A stretch of DNA of 64,000 nt. Origin: an uncultured Halobacteriovorax sp. GTDB taxonomy: Bacteria; Bdellovibrionota; Bacteriovoracia; Bacteriovoracales; Bacteriovoracaceae. The notes beneath the pieces are model-generated. The model was given only the letters and a program-made list of their open reading frames with translations. It had not been told where the DNA came from and made no database searches. The stretch spans positions 217,006 through 281,005 of the forward strand of contig CAJXVS010000005.1 in NCBI GenBank assembly GCA_913061265.1, written 5' to 3'. Position numbers and translations under genes: made by a program. Positions 34,709 to 42,948 of the stretch are shown here, piece by piece. How positions within the stretch are numbered: position 1 is the stretch's first letter; each line of letters starts with the position of its first letter.

Positions 34709-36187
34709 CTAAGGATGAAAAAACCTATGAAACTTCGATTTCTTAGGCTTATCTTCAAACCTAGCAAAATCCTCTTCCCTAAACTGCTCAAGAATCGAAA
34801 AGATTTCTTTAGGAGTCAAAGGCCTTTCAATATCATTTTGCACAAACTCGATTCTTTCGTTTAAGACTTCGGCCACTTCATCAAGATGAAGAAAGAGTCT
34901 GAGCTGATCCTTTGTCATGTATTTTGGAAACTTATCTTTTAAGGCAAGGCCTATAAGGGGAGTTCTTCTCATGACCCAGCTGAACCAAGCCTTTCTTTTA
35001 ATCTTTCCTGGTGGTCTAAATTCATAGCCTTTTGTCTCCATCCACTCAAAGAGCTTTGTTAGGATAAGATCCTTGCTTCTTGTATCTTTCATGCGGGCAG
35101 GGTTTCTCCACTCAGCGACAAGTTCAAAGCGCGGGTCAAACTCAATATCGCCAGGCCCAAAGGTGTCGAACTCGTCAACATTTTCTTCGTTAACATTGAT
35201 TCCTAGCTTTGAAAGAAAGGGAATCGATCCCCTGCTAAATTTTGTTTTAAAGATAGGAACATCAAGCTCGCCATTGCTGGCCTTCTTAAATCCCTCTGAG
35301 ATAATCTCAGAGCAGAAGAGGTCTTTACCGTCTTTATAATCCATTCCGAAGTCATAGCGGATATTCTTTTTCTTAACCTGTGCCGCGCGAACTCGTTTAT
35401 ACATAATGGCGCCGGCCCTTCTTGCAATATCAGCGTCCTTAAATCTAAAGACAACTGTTCGAGCATTTCCTTGATCAATATGTTTTTGAATAGGCTCCCC
35501 TAAGGAGCCCACTTCAATATGAGCTTCACTTGTAAAGAGCTCTCCCTTCTTATTTTCATGAACCAAACTTAAATGAGAAAATTGAGCATCTGCTGTTCCA
35601 ATCCGAGCAATGGCGGCGGATGTATAGGCATTTCCTCGTGATAAAATAACATCCCCTGCTTTAAGGTCAGAGACACCTTTGAAATTAAATCTTTCGTTAA
35701 CTAAGAAAAAAGGTGACTCCCCTTTTAAGTTTGTAAAAATAGCTTCAGGGTTATTTGAGTTTCTAGAATCCTCTAACTCAACTAAGTAATCTTCTACGTA
35801 CCTAAGGGCCCTGACTGTGGCCCTTACATTGTTAAGGCAAGCTTCGTCTTGCTCAGTTCTTAAGACTAGGCCCGAGAGCTTAGAGCGCATTTCAATTCTT
35901 GTTTCAAAAGACTTATTAATGAGAGCAAAGATCTTTTTTTGATCGAACTTATCTAGATTAATCGAATCACCATTTAGGTTATAAAGCGCCTTATAGTATT
36001 TCTCTAACTCGTTTGAACAAGTTGTTGCGCTATTAACAGGAATCGAAACTGCTGTTCGAAGTGAATCTATAATTCCTTCAAGGGATTCTAGAGACTCTCC
36101 AGAGGCCGGCAATCTGTACCTAACGTCGGTTTTACTAGTGCATGAAACAATTGATAAGACTACCAAGGCTAAAAAGATTTTATTCAT
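34709..36187 (-). CDS. lipoprotein with YiiX/YaeF-type permuted papain-like (C92) domain
   Basis: Lipobox IVSC. GDVILSRGNAYTSAAIARIGTADAQFSHLSLV (His region) precedes LFCSEIISEGF (Cys region), which is the permuted order of this family. Confidence 0.5.
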   Translation of the reverse strand: MNKIFLALVVLSIVSCTSKTDVRYRLPASGESLESLEGIIDSLRTAVSIPVNSATTCSNELEKYYKALYNLNGDSINLDKFDQKKIFALINKSFETRIEMRSKLSGLVLRTEQDEACLNNVRATVRALRYVEDYLVELEDSRNSNNPEAIFTNLKGESPFFLVNERFNFKGVSDLKAGDVILSRGNAYTSAAIARIGTADAQFSHLSLVHENKKGELFTSEAHIEVGSLGEPIQKHIDQGNARTVVFRFKDADIARRAGAIMYKRVRAAQVKKKNIRYDFGMDYKDGKDLFCSEIISEGFKKASNGELDVPIFKTKFSRGSIPFLSKLGINVNEENVDEFDTFGPGDIEFDPRFELVAEWRNPARMKDTRSKDLILTKLFEWMETKGYEFRPPGKIKRKAWFSWVMRRTPLIGLALKDKFPKYMTKDQLRLFLHLDEVAEVLNERIEFVQNDIERPLTPKEIFSILEQFREEDFARFEDKPKKSKFHRFFHP

Positions 36188-36290
36188 AAGATTCTCCCAA
36201 AGTTCTTATCGGAAGAAGTAAGGGAAAACTAATATTCCAGAGTTTAATACTCAGTCATATTTTTGCGCATTTTATGTTAAGATTTTCTTA

Positions 36291-37376
36291 ATGAAGTTAA
36301 CGTCTTATCTACTATTTCTTGCCTTAATCAATTCGGCCCATGGAGCTCTTTTTTCAAGTCCTCCCACTCACATAAAAGGCAAGGCGTCCCTAGAGGCGAT
36401 AAGTGTAGATGACCTTCAAACTGAAGCGCGAGTGGTTAGCTTCTCTGTCTTCGCCGATATAAAGCAAACCGTTCTTCCTCATCTTGAAGCGAGTGTTATA
36501 GCTGGTGGAGTTTTAGAGACAGGTAGTAACGAGAGTCTTTTTGTTGATGAGTTTAAACCAAGACAAGACTTAGTTTTAAAAGAGGCCTCACTTTCGTATT
36601 CACCAATTGAAGCTCTCCAAATTGAAGCTGGCGCCTTAAATCAAAGCCGCTATGATTCCCCTCTTCTTTTAACAGAGACGCCTTTTGTCTCTGCTAGAGA
36701 GTCTATCAATTTTAAATTAGCGGATTATTCCTTTGGTCTCTTTCTCTCTCAAGCGGTTCCTTCTAATCATTTTTTAACAAACCGTTTAGGAAGCGTTGAC
36801 GAAGGGGCTCCATCACTTTTAATTGAAGGGATCACCATGCACTTAGCTGGGGATCTTATGTTCTTTAAGACTCAGATCATGCGCTTTAAGTTTAATAACC
36901 TAAGCTCTAATGTGGCCTATAATTCTCAGTTTCTAGGAAATAGCACCCGCGGAGTTAGCCCTTCGACCACGGCCTTTCTCTATGACTATGAGGGGTATAA
37001 TATTGTAATGGAAATGGGCTTTAATATAGGTGAGAGTTCAAGTTTAATCTTTAACGGCCAATACCTCTACAATGACAAGGCCCCTGACGGAAGAAATACA
37101 GGCTACCTCGCTTCTCTTACTTTAGAGATGGGGCAACTTAGATTAACGGGATCTTACTTTACGAATGAATCAGATTCTTCACCTGCTTTTTATAACTCTT
37201 CTACCTATGGTCACAATGACCGAGAAGGGCAAGGAATAGAGCTGGCATGGATGATTCCCACTGAGGCGACTTCACTTTATCTAAAGGCCTATAAGCTTGA
37301 TACAAATCAACAAATCCTTCAGTCTGATAGCTCACGCTTTTATGCTGGGATCACTCGTAGCTTTAGCTTCGATTAA
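36291..37376 (+). CDS. secreted beta-rich protein, possibly an outer-membrane barrel
   Basis: Signal peptide. Alternating hydrophobic pattern and aromatic-rich C-terminus (RSFSFD). No family recognised. Confidence 0.4.
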   Translation: MKLTSYLLFLALINSAHGALFSSPPTHIKGKASLEAISVDDLQTEARVVSFSVFADIKQTVLPHLEASVIAGGVLETGSNESLFVDEFKPRQDLVLKEASLSYSPIEALQIEAGALNQSRYDSPLLLTETPFVSARESINFKLADYSFGLFLSQAVPSNHFLTNRLGSVDEGAPSLLIEGITMHLAGDLMFFKTQIMRFKFNNLSSNVAYNSQFLGNSTRGVSPSTTAFLYDYEGYNIVMEMGFNIGESSSLIFNGQYLYNDKAPDGRNTGYLASLTLEMGQLRLTGSYFTNESDSSPAFYNSSTYGHNDREGQGIELAWMIPTEATSLYLKAYKLDTNQQILQSDSSRFYAGITRSFSFD

Positions 37377-38344
37377 TTTTCTCGCATTTTAGAATTTGCC
37401 GCCAATAAGTTCTCATCAATTAAGTTGATATTGCTTCTCATAAAAGAGAGTAAGCGAGTGGCCCCTTGAAGAGTTGATCTTCGAAGTTCGATAAGCCCAA
37501 GCGTAGATTCAATAGCAGTGGTGAAGACACTTGTGGTTAAGACTTCAAGCCCTTCTCCATCAATTGTGCAGCCAAAGCAATTAATCCCCTTACTATTGGC
37601 AGAGGCCGTCTTAATCTTTAAGTTATCCGCCCCTAAGTAAGAGCCAACGCCTAGTGAGATGGCCGTAGATTCATCTTCGCTGGTCTCGATATTTAAGTTA
37701 TAAAGAAAGAGTGAGTTTGAGTCGTTATTAAAAACTTCAAGACCATTTCTTCCTATGAACTTAGCGGTATTTGAATGAGTTCCAATAATCAATAAATCTT
37801 TTGTGATAACAAATGGCCCGTTCTTAACTACGATCTCAAGGCCCTCATCAAGACATAAGACCTTCATTTGATCTTGGTTTAGATCACGAATATTTCTTAG
37901 AGTCTTACGAAAACTTTTCTCGCTGCCTCCTTTCTTGAAAAGAACGTCACATTTATGAAAGCTTAAAAAGGGATTATGCGCTTTTGGAGAAAAGCTCTTT
38001 ATATTTCCAAGCTCATCTTTAACCACGAATTTAAAGCCTTTATGATAATCCTCAGCTGACCAACTTATCTTCTTTTGATCTTCGCATTCATCAAACTTTA
38101 GCCCGCCAGTGAAGCTGCACATAAGAGCTGTATGAGACGTAGACTTAAGTCTTATAGACCTGGCCGTCTTATCGAGGTCATGGGCGTTAAAACTAGAACT
38201 TGAGATCAAGGATTCTAAGGCCAGGGCCTCAACTTTCTTTTCAATGACTGAGATCTTAGTTGGGACAGATAACTCACCATAGATGAGAATGGCCGACATA
38301 ATTAATACTGTTAATAAAACAAAGGGATTGTTTCTCACGTTCAC
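37373..38344 (-). CDS. membrane-anchored hypothetical protein
   Basis: N-terminal TM FVLLTVLIMSAILIYG. Its stop overlaps the stop of the convergent gene. Confidence 0.5.
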   Translation of the reverse strand: MNVRNNPFVLLTVLIMSAILIYGELSVPTKISVIEKKVEALALESLISSSSFNAHDLDKTARSIRLKSTSHTALMCSFTGGLKFDECEDQKKISWSAEDYHKGFKFVVKDELGNIKSFSPKAHNPFLSFHKCDVLFKKGGSEKSFRKTLRNIRDLNQDQMKVLCLDEGLEIVVKNGPFVITKDLLIIGTHSNTAKFIGRNGLEVFNNDSNSLFLYNLNIETSEDESTAISLGVGSYLGADNLKIKTASANSKGINCFGCTIDGEGLEVLTTSVFTTAIESTLGLIELRRSTLQGATRLLSFMRSNINLIDENLLAANSKMREN

Positions 38345-38553
38345 TCCTTGAACTAAAAATGATGGACCCGATGACTCCGTGGGTACAACAAAATGGTAAC
38401 GCGTAAAATCATTTTAGTCAAGTAATCGATACTCTTTTGATTTAGGCCTTATCATGACTCGAAAATCCCAAAAAAGAGGCTTAAACGCTAAATACGGCAT
38501 TATTCTATTATTTCGTATACTTAGAACCCTATATCAGCTTATAATTTACATTA

Positions 38554-38567
38554 TAGGAATATTCCTA
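38554..38567. promoter_or_regulatory. perfect 14-bp palindrome upstream of the recombinase gene
   Basis: TAGGAATATTCCTA, 34 nt before the TTG start at 38601. Confidence 0.3.
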
Positions 38568-38600
38568 GTGTGATTTTCTTGAGAACAAAGGGATTTTGAC

Positions 38601-39569
38601 TTGAAGAAAAATAATTCAAAGTGGCTAGACCTCTACATGAAGAACTGCGCCCTACTGAACAAATCGGCAAGAACGATTCAAAACTATAGGGCCGATTTGA
38701 GCGCCTTTATTGAATGGCACGAATCAAAATTCTCTGGCGATATAAGCCGAGCTCGCGCCCGCACCATCGAGGAATATCAAAATTTTCTCACTTACGGCGG
38801 TCAGATCAGCCCCAAGAAATCATGGCTGCAGAGGCTCTTCTTTTTTATGAAGAAAAAGCGCATTGTTGGAGCTGGAAAACTAAGAGGCCCCTTGAGCGTC
38901 AATTCTAGGCGGCGCCACCTAAGCTCACTTAAGAATTTCTTTGATTATCTAAAACAAACTCATGAAGAGCAGGGATCACGCTTCAAACTCAATCCTGTAA
39001 AGCCAAAGATTCACGCTGTCCTGGTAAAGGACGTCGATATTTCTCATACAAAGTATTTAAAACCGACGGACTGGGAATTGATCTATGAAAAAACCTGGAG
39101 AACGAGAGAGAGGCTGATTCTTTATCTTCTTTATTTCGGAGGCCTAAGGCTCCATGAGATTTGCCTGCTTAAACGTGAATATTTTAACCGCCAAAGTGGA
39201 ACGGTAACTTTTCCTAGAAAAGGCGGGAAGGTGCATACCCTAAAATTAAAAAATGGCGACGCTATCTTTGATCAATTAGATTATTGGTTTGAAAATAAAG
39301 CCGGAAATTCGAGCTTCCTTTTCCAGGGATCTAAAAATTCACCCTTAAGCGTTCGTGCCATGAGCACACTTATTAGAAAGATGATCTCAAGGGCCTCAGT
39401 TACTAATGAGATTACCCCTCATAGTTTTAGAAAGGCCTGCGCTACCAACCTTTATCTAAACACTAAAGACTTACTCTTTGTAAGAGATTATCTAGGTCAT
39501 AGCGATGCTAGTGTTACTCAAACCTATATTGATAAAAACGCACTGCATGAGAGGCATTTAAGGATGTAA
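38601..39569 (+). CDS. tyrosine recombinase (XerC/XerD-like integrase family)
   Basis: N-terminal SAM-like domain (TIQNYRADLSAFIEW). Catalytic GGLRLHEI (R), HSFRKACAT (HxxR) and LGHSDASVTQTY (H..Y). Confidence 0.85.
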   Translation: MKKNNSKWLDLYMKNCALLNKSARTIQNYRADLSAFIEWHESKFSGDISRARARTIEEYQNFLTYGGQISPKKSWLQRLFFFMKKKRIVGAGKLRGPLSVNSRRRHLSSLKNFFDYLKQTHEEQGSRFKLNPVKPKIHAVLVKDVDISHTKYLKPTDWELIYEKTWRTRERLILYLLYFGGLRLHEICLLKREYFNRQSGTVTFPRKGGKVHTLKLKNGDAIFDQLDYWFENKAGNSSFLFQGSKNSPLSVRAMSTLIRKMISRASVTNEITPHSFRKACATNLYLNTKDLLFVRDYLGHSDASVTQTYIDKNALHERHLRM

Positions 39570-39633
39570 GCCACTGATTACTTGAGTATCAAGGGCTTTC
39601 AAACCTAAGAATTCGTTGCTATGTTCAGGCCCT

Positions 39634-40389
39634 ATGATCTATTCAATCAAATTGGCCTTGGCCTATATAACTCTTTTATCGACCTGCCTTATTGGTTTTC
39701 TTTTCTCCTTATTAAGACCCTTTAATCCGGCTATCTTAAGACCAGTTGGAAAAGTCTTTGGCACAATCGGGCTTTTCTTCCTCCGTATAAAAACTCAAAT
39801 TGAAGGGGAAGAGATATTAGATATTGTTCGCCCGGCCATCATCGTCTCCAATCATCAAGACAATATTGATGTCTTCGTCATTGGGGCCAACTACCCAAGA
39901 AGCACCGTTACTGTTGGTAAGAAAGTTTTAAAGTGGATTCCCTTCTTTGGTCAATTCTATTGGCTAGGAGGAAATATTTTAATTGATAGAGCGAATAAAA
40001 GAAAGGCCCTTCAAAGTATGAATCAGGCGGCTAAAAAGATCACTAATGGAAATACTTCGGTATGGATCTTCCCTGAAGGAACACGATCCCAAGGGCGAGG
40101 TCTTTTAGAGTTTAAAAAAGGCGCTTATCACCTGGCCATCGCCGGACAGATTCCCATTATTCCTGTTTCCATTTCAAGCTTTCATAAGAACTTAAAGCTT
40201 AATAGCCTCTCTAAAGGGAAGGTTCTTATTAAGGTTCACGAGCCTATAGAGACGACTGGTCTCGATAAATCTGATATAGACGCCCTTCTTCAACAATCAC
40301 GATCTGTAATAGAACAGGGAGTAGAGGCCTTAGATAAACGCCTCGTTAGAGCGCCTAAGAAAATAGGCCGAAAAGCCTTTCAAATTTAG
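39634..40389 (+). CDS. plsC: 1-acyl-sn-glycerol-3-phosphate acyltransferase
   Basis: SNHQDNIDV (NHxxxxD) and FPEGTRS motifs, with an N-terminal TM helix. The track start TTG 39616 is also possible. Confidence 0.85.
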   Translation: MIYSIKLALAYITLLSTCLIGFLFSLLRPFNPAILRPVGKVFGTIGLFFLRIKTQIEGEEILDIVRPAIIVSNHQDNIDVFVIGANYPRSTVTVGKKVLKWIPFFGQFYWLGGNILIDRANKRKALQSMNQAAKKITNGNTSVWIFPEGTRSQGRGLLEFKKGAYHLAIAGQIPIIPVSISSFHKNLKLNSLSKGKVLIKVHEPIETTGLDKSDIDALLQQSRSVIEQGVEALDKRLVRAPKKIGRKAFQI

Positions 40390-40549
40390 ACAGAATCCCC
40401 TCTTAATTGTCAGTTTTGACATTTACAGACCCTTGGCGTCAACAGCGATAGGTGCACCAGAAGTCTATCTGGGCTAGTTTCATCTCATCGCAGCGACATA
40501 GCAAACCTTGCTTACGCCATCCCCTATCCCAAATTCCTACCTATTAAGC

Positions 40550-40575
40550 GGCCCCTTCTGGGGCCTTATTTTTTA
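40550..40575 (+). terminator. Rho-independent terminator 160 nt downstream of plsC
   Basis: GGCCCC-TTCT-GGGGCC followed by TTATTTTTTA. Confidence 0.75.
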
Positions 40576-40618
40576 TTTCATTCTTGCGTAAATAAGAAAG
40601 GCTCCTAAAATCATAAGA

Positions 40619-42808
40619 ATGAAAATCAAAACAACAAGTCAAAGATACAAGATCTGCAATAAACAAATCCTTCTTAGTAGAGATGAGATGGGAGTGATGA
40701 AGATCACTTGTGATGACTATGATGATTTCAATATGACCATGGGTTTTGTCCATGCCCATGACCGCATGATGCAGATGATGCTAGTTAGAACCATAGCCCA
40801 GGGACGTTTAAGTGAATGCTTAAAAAGTGATGATGAAACTCTTGGGATTGATGTCTTTATGCGCGAGATGGGGCTTTACCGTGAAGCTCAAAAGGAAGTT
40901 GAGAACTTATCAAGCGAAGCGGCCAGCTTCCTTGAATCTTATTGTAATGGTGTTAATGATTATCAAAGAAGATTCACTAGGCCCTTTGAGTTTAAACTCG
41001 TAGGCTTTAAGCCAGAACCGTGGAGCCCAGCTGATACTTTAGTCATGGTTAAGATCATGAGCTATATAGGCCTTGCTCAAACCCAACAAGGAATAGAGAA
41101 GTTTATCATCCAATCCGTTAAGCATAATACTGATATTGATAAACTTAAGAAGCTCTTCTCTCCTCATCTTGATGAGATGAGTGAAGAGATTGTTACTCTT
41201 ATAAAAAAAGCAAACCTCTACCAATGTGAAATTCCAGATTCCGCAAAGTTCATTGGGGCCCTGCCTAAGATGAAGGCCTCTAATAACTGGATGCTTGGTA
41301 AGAATAAATCTAGCACTGGTAATATTATCCAGTGCAATGACCCTCACCTTGAATGCAACCGTTTACCGGCCGTTTGGTATGAGTACACGGCAACCGTTGG
41401 TGAGGATAAGATCTGCGGCGTTAATATGCCAGGAGTTCCAGGACTAATCATGGGACGAACTGATAAGTTTGGCCTTGGATTTACCTATGGCTTTATGGAT
41501 ATGATTGATTATTTTTTAGAAGAAGTCATTGATGGAAGGTATCAAGAAAGCGGAGAATACCGAGACTTTAATGGAAGAGTTGAAACCATTAAAAGAAAAG
41601 GTAAGGATGACTATCAATTAAAGATCTATGAAAACGATAGAGGCATCCTAGAGAAAGACCCAGCCTCTCCCCTAACAGACGGAATCTATTTAACAAGAGC
41701 ATGGTCGGGTCATAAGAACGGCGCCGGCGGCTCCATTGAAGTTCTTGCAAGAGTCCTAAAAGCCGCTAACGCAAAAGAGGCTGGGGCCTTAGTTAAAGAC
41801 ATCACCATCTCTTGCAACTGGATTGTGGGAGATAATAATGGTGACATTCTTTTTCAGCAATCAGGTCTCCTACCAAGGCGAAGTCATAGTGGGCTGTATC
41901 CTGTTGAAGGCTGGGATCTTAGTAAGAACTGGAAAGGGCTGCACCCATCAGATAATTTGGCCAGAGAACTAAACCCTGAAAAAGGCTTCTTAGCAACGGC
42001 CAACAACGATCTCAATCAAAAAGGAAAACCGCTCTCTATCAATATGCCCATGGGAACTTATAGAGTAGATCGTATTTCTCAATTGATTAATGAAAAAGAA
42101 AAACTAGACCTTGATGATATGAAGAGGATTCAAAAAGACCTCTATAGCTTACAAGCCGAAAAGTACTTTAAAATCATAGCTCCTCTTATCCCCGACTCCC
42201 CTACAGGCAGAATCTTAAAGGCCTGGGACTTCAAGTATGACAGGACAAGTATTGGAGCAACGCTTTTTGAAGAGTTCTATAATGACCTTTTAAAAGAGGT
42301 CTTTGGTAATGGTATGTTCGGAGCTAAGGTCTGGGATCAAGTCATCAATGAAACCGGAATAGTGGTTGATTTCTATCATGTCTTTGACAAGATCCTTTTA
42401 GGCGATGATCACAACGAATGGTTCCTCAATAAGAACGAGCTCTTTCAAGTAGTCTTAGAGAAAACCCTCTCCCGCTTTAGCGCCAACCAAATTGTTCCCT
42501 GGGGTCAGAAAAGGCCAACGCTTATAAAGAACATCTTCTTTGATGGCACTCTTCCTCGTCTTTTTGGATTTGATAAAGGTCCTTATGGCATTGAAGGAAA
42601 CAGGGCCACTATCGTTCAGGGCGCTGTTTATAAGGCCCATGGAAGAGAGACAACTTTTTGCCCAAGCTACCGCTTTATAAGCGATCTTGGCACTTCAAAG
42701 GTTGAGACGGTTCTTGCTGGGGGCCCAAGTGATCGCCGTTTTAGTAAATGGTATTCCAATGATTTAGATAATTGGTATAACTTTCGATACAAAACTCTTC
42801 AGATGTAA
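40619..42808 (+). CDS. penicillin acylase family Ntn-hydrolase (S45), possible acyl-homoserine-lactone acylase
   Basis: GFVHAHDRMMQM near the N-terminus. Processing/nucleophile site KASNNWMLG. No signal peptide at the predicted start. Confidence 0.8.
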   Translation: MKIKTTSQRYKICNKQILLSRDEMGVMKITCDDYDDFNMTMGFVHAHDRMMQMMLVRTIAQGRLSECLKSDDETLGIDVFMREMGLYREAQKEVENLSSEAASFLESYCNGVNDYQRRFTRPFEFKLVGFKPEPWSPADTLVMVKIMSYIGLAQTQQGIEKFIIQSVKHNTDIDKLKKLFSPHLDEMSEEIVTLIKKANLYQCEIPDSAKFIGALPKMKASNNWMLGKNKSSTGNIIQCNDPHLECNRLPAVWYEYTATVGEDKICGVNMPGVPGLIMGRTDKFGLGFTYGFMDMIDYFLEEVIDGRYQESGEYRDFNGRVETIKRKGKDDYQLKIYENDRGILEKDPASPLTDGIYLTRAWSGHKNGAGGSIEVLARVLKAANAKEAGALVKDITISCNWIVGDNNGDILFQQSGLLPRRSHSGLYPVEGWDLSKNWKGLHPSDNLARELNPEKGFLATANNDLNQKGKPLSINMPMGTYRVDRISQLINEKEKLDLDDMKRIQKDLYSLQAEKYFKIIAPLIPDSPTGRILKAWDFKYDRTSIGATLFEEFYNDLLKEVFGNGMFGAKVWDQVINETGIVVDFYHVFDKILLGDDHNEWFLNKNELFQVVLEKTLSRFSANQIVPWGQKRPTLIKNIFFDGTLPRLFGFDKGPYGIEGNRATIVQGAVYKAHGRETTFCPSYRFISDLGTSKVETVLAGGPSDRRFSKWYSNDLDNWYNFRYKTLQM

Positions 42809-42948
42809 AAATCGTCTAAACTTTAGACAGTTAAAACTTTGACAACGCTTTGTTCTAGCAAAGTATTGAAATCCGCCCCCTAAACAAAACCAAAACTGGT
42901 CTCTATCTTGCAAATTAATAAGCATATAAACCCCTAGATATAGAAAAT

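Noticed and set aside
38541-38570. dif-like Xer recombination site upstream of the recombinase gene.
   Set aside because: ATTTACATTATAGGAATATTCC shares only a few positions with the gamma-proteobacterial dif consensus as I remember it. The match is too weak to call without the lineage-specific consensus.
31362-39569. A discrete integrative element bounded by att repeats with the tyrosine recombinase as its integrase.
   Set aside because: The recombinase lies outside the only candidate right-hand repeat (38346-38415, itself weak). No tRNA target and no phage or conjugation genes are present. Only 32.1-34.7 kb is compositionally deviant.
40436-40518. Possible tRNA or SRP/4.5S RNA in the plsC-acylase spacer.
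   Set aside because: The acceptor-like pairing is only 5 bp and position 8 is not U. No D-loop or T-loop (GTTC) signatures are present, and no SRP domain IV motif. It is kept only as an unclassified structured region.
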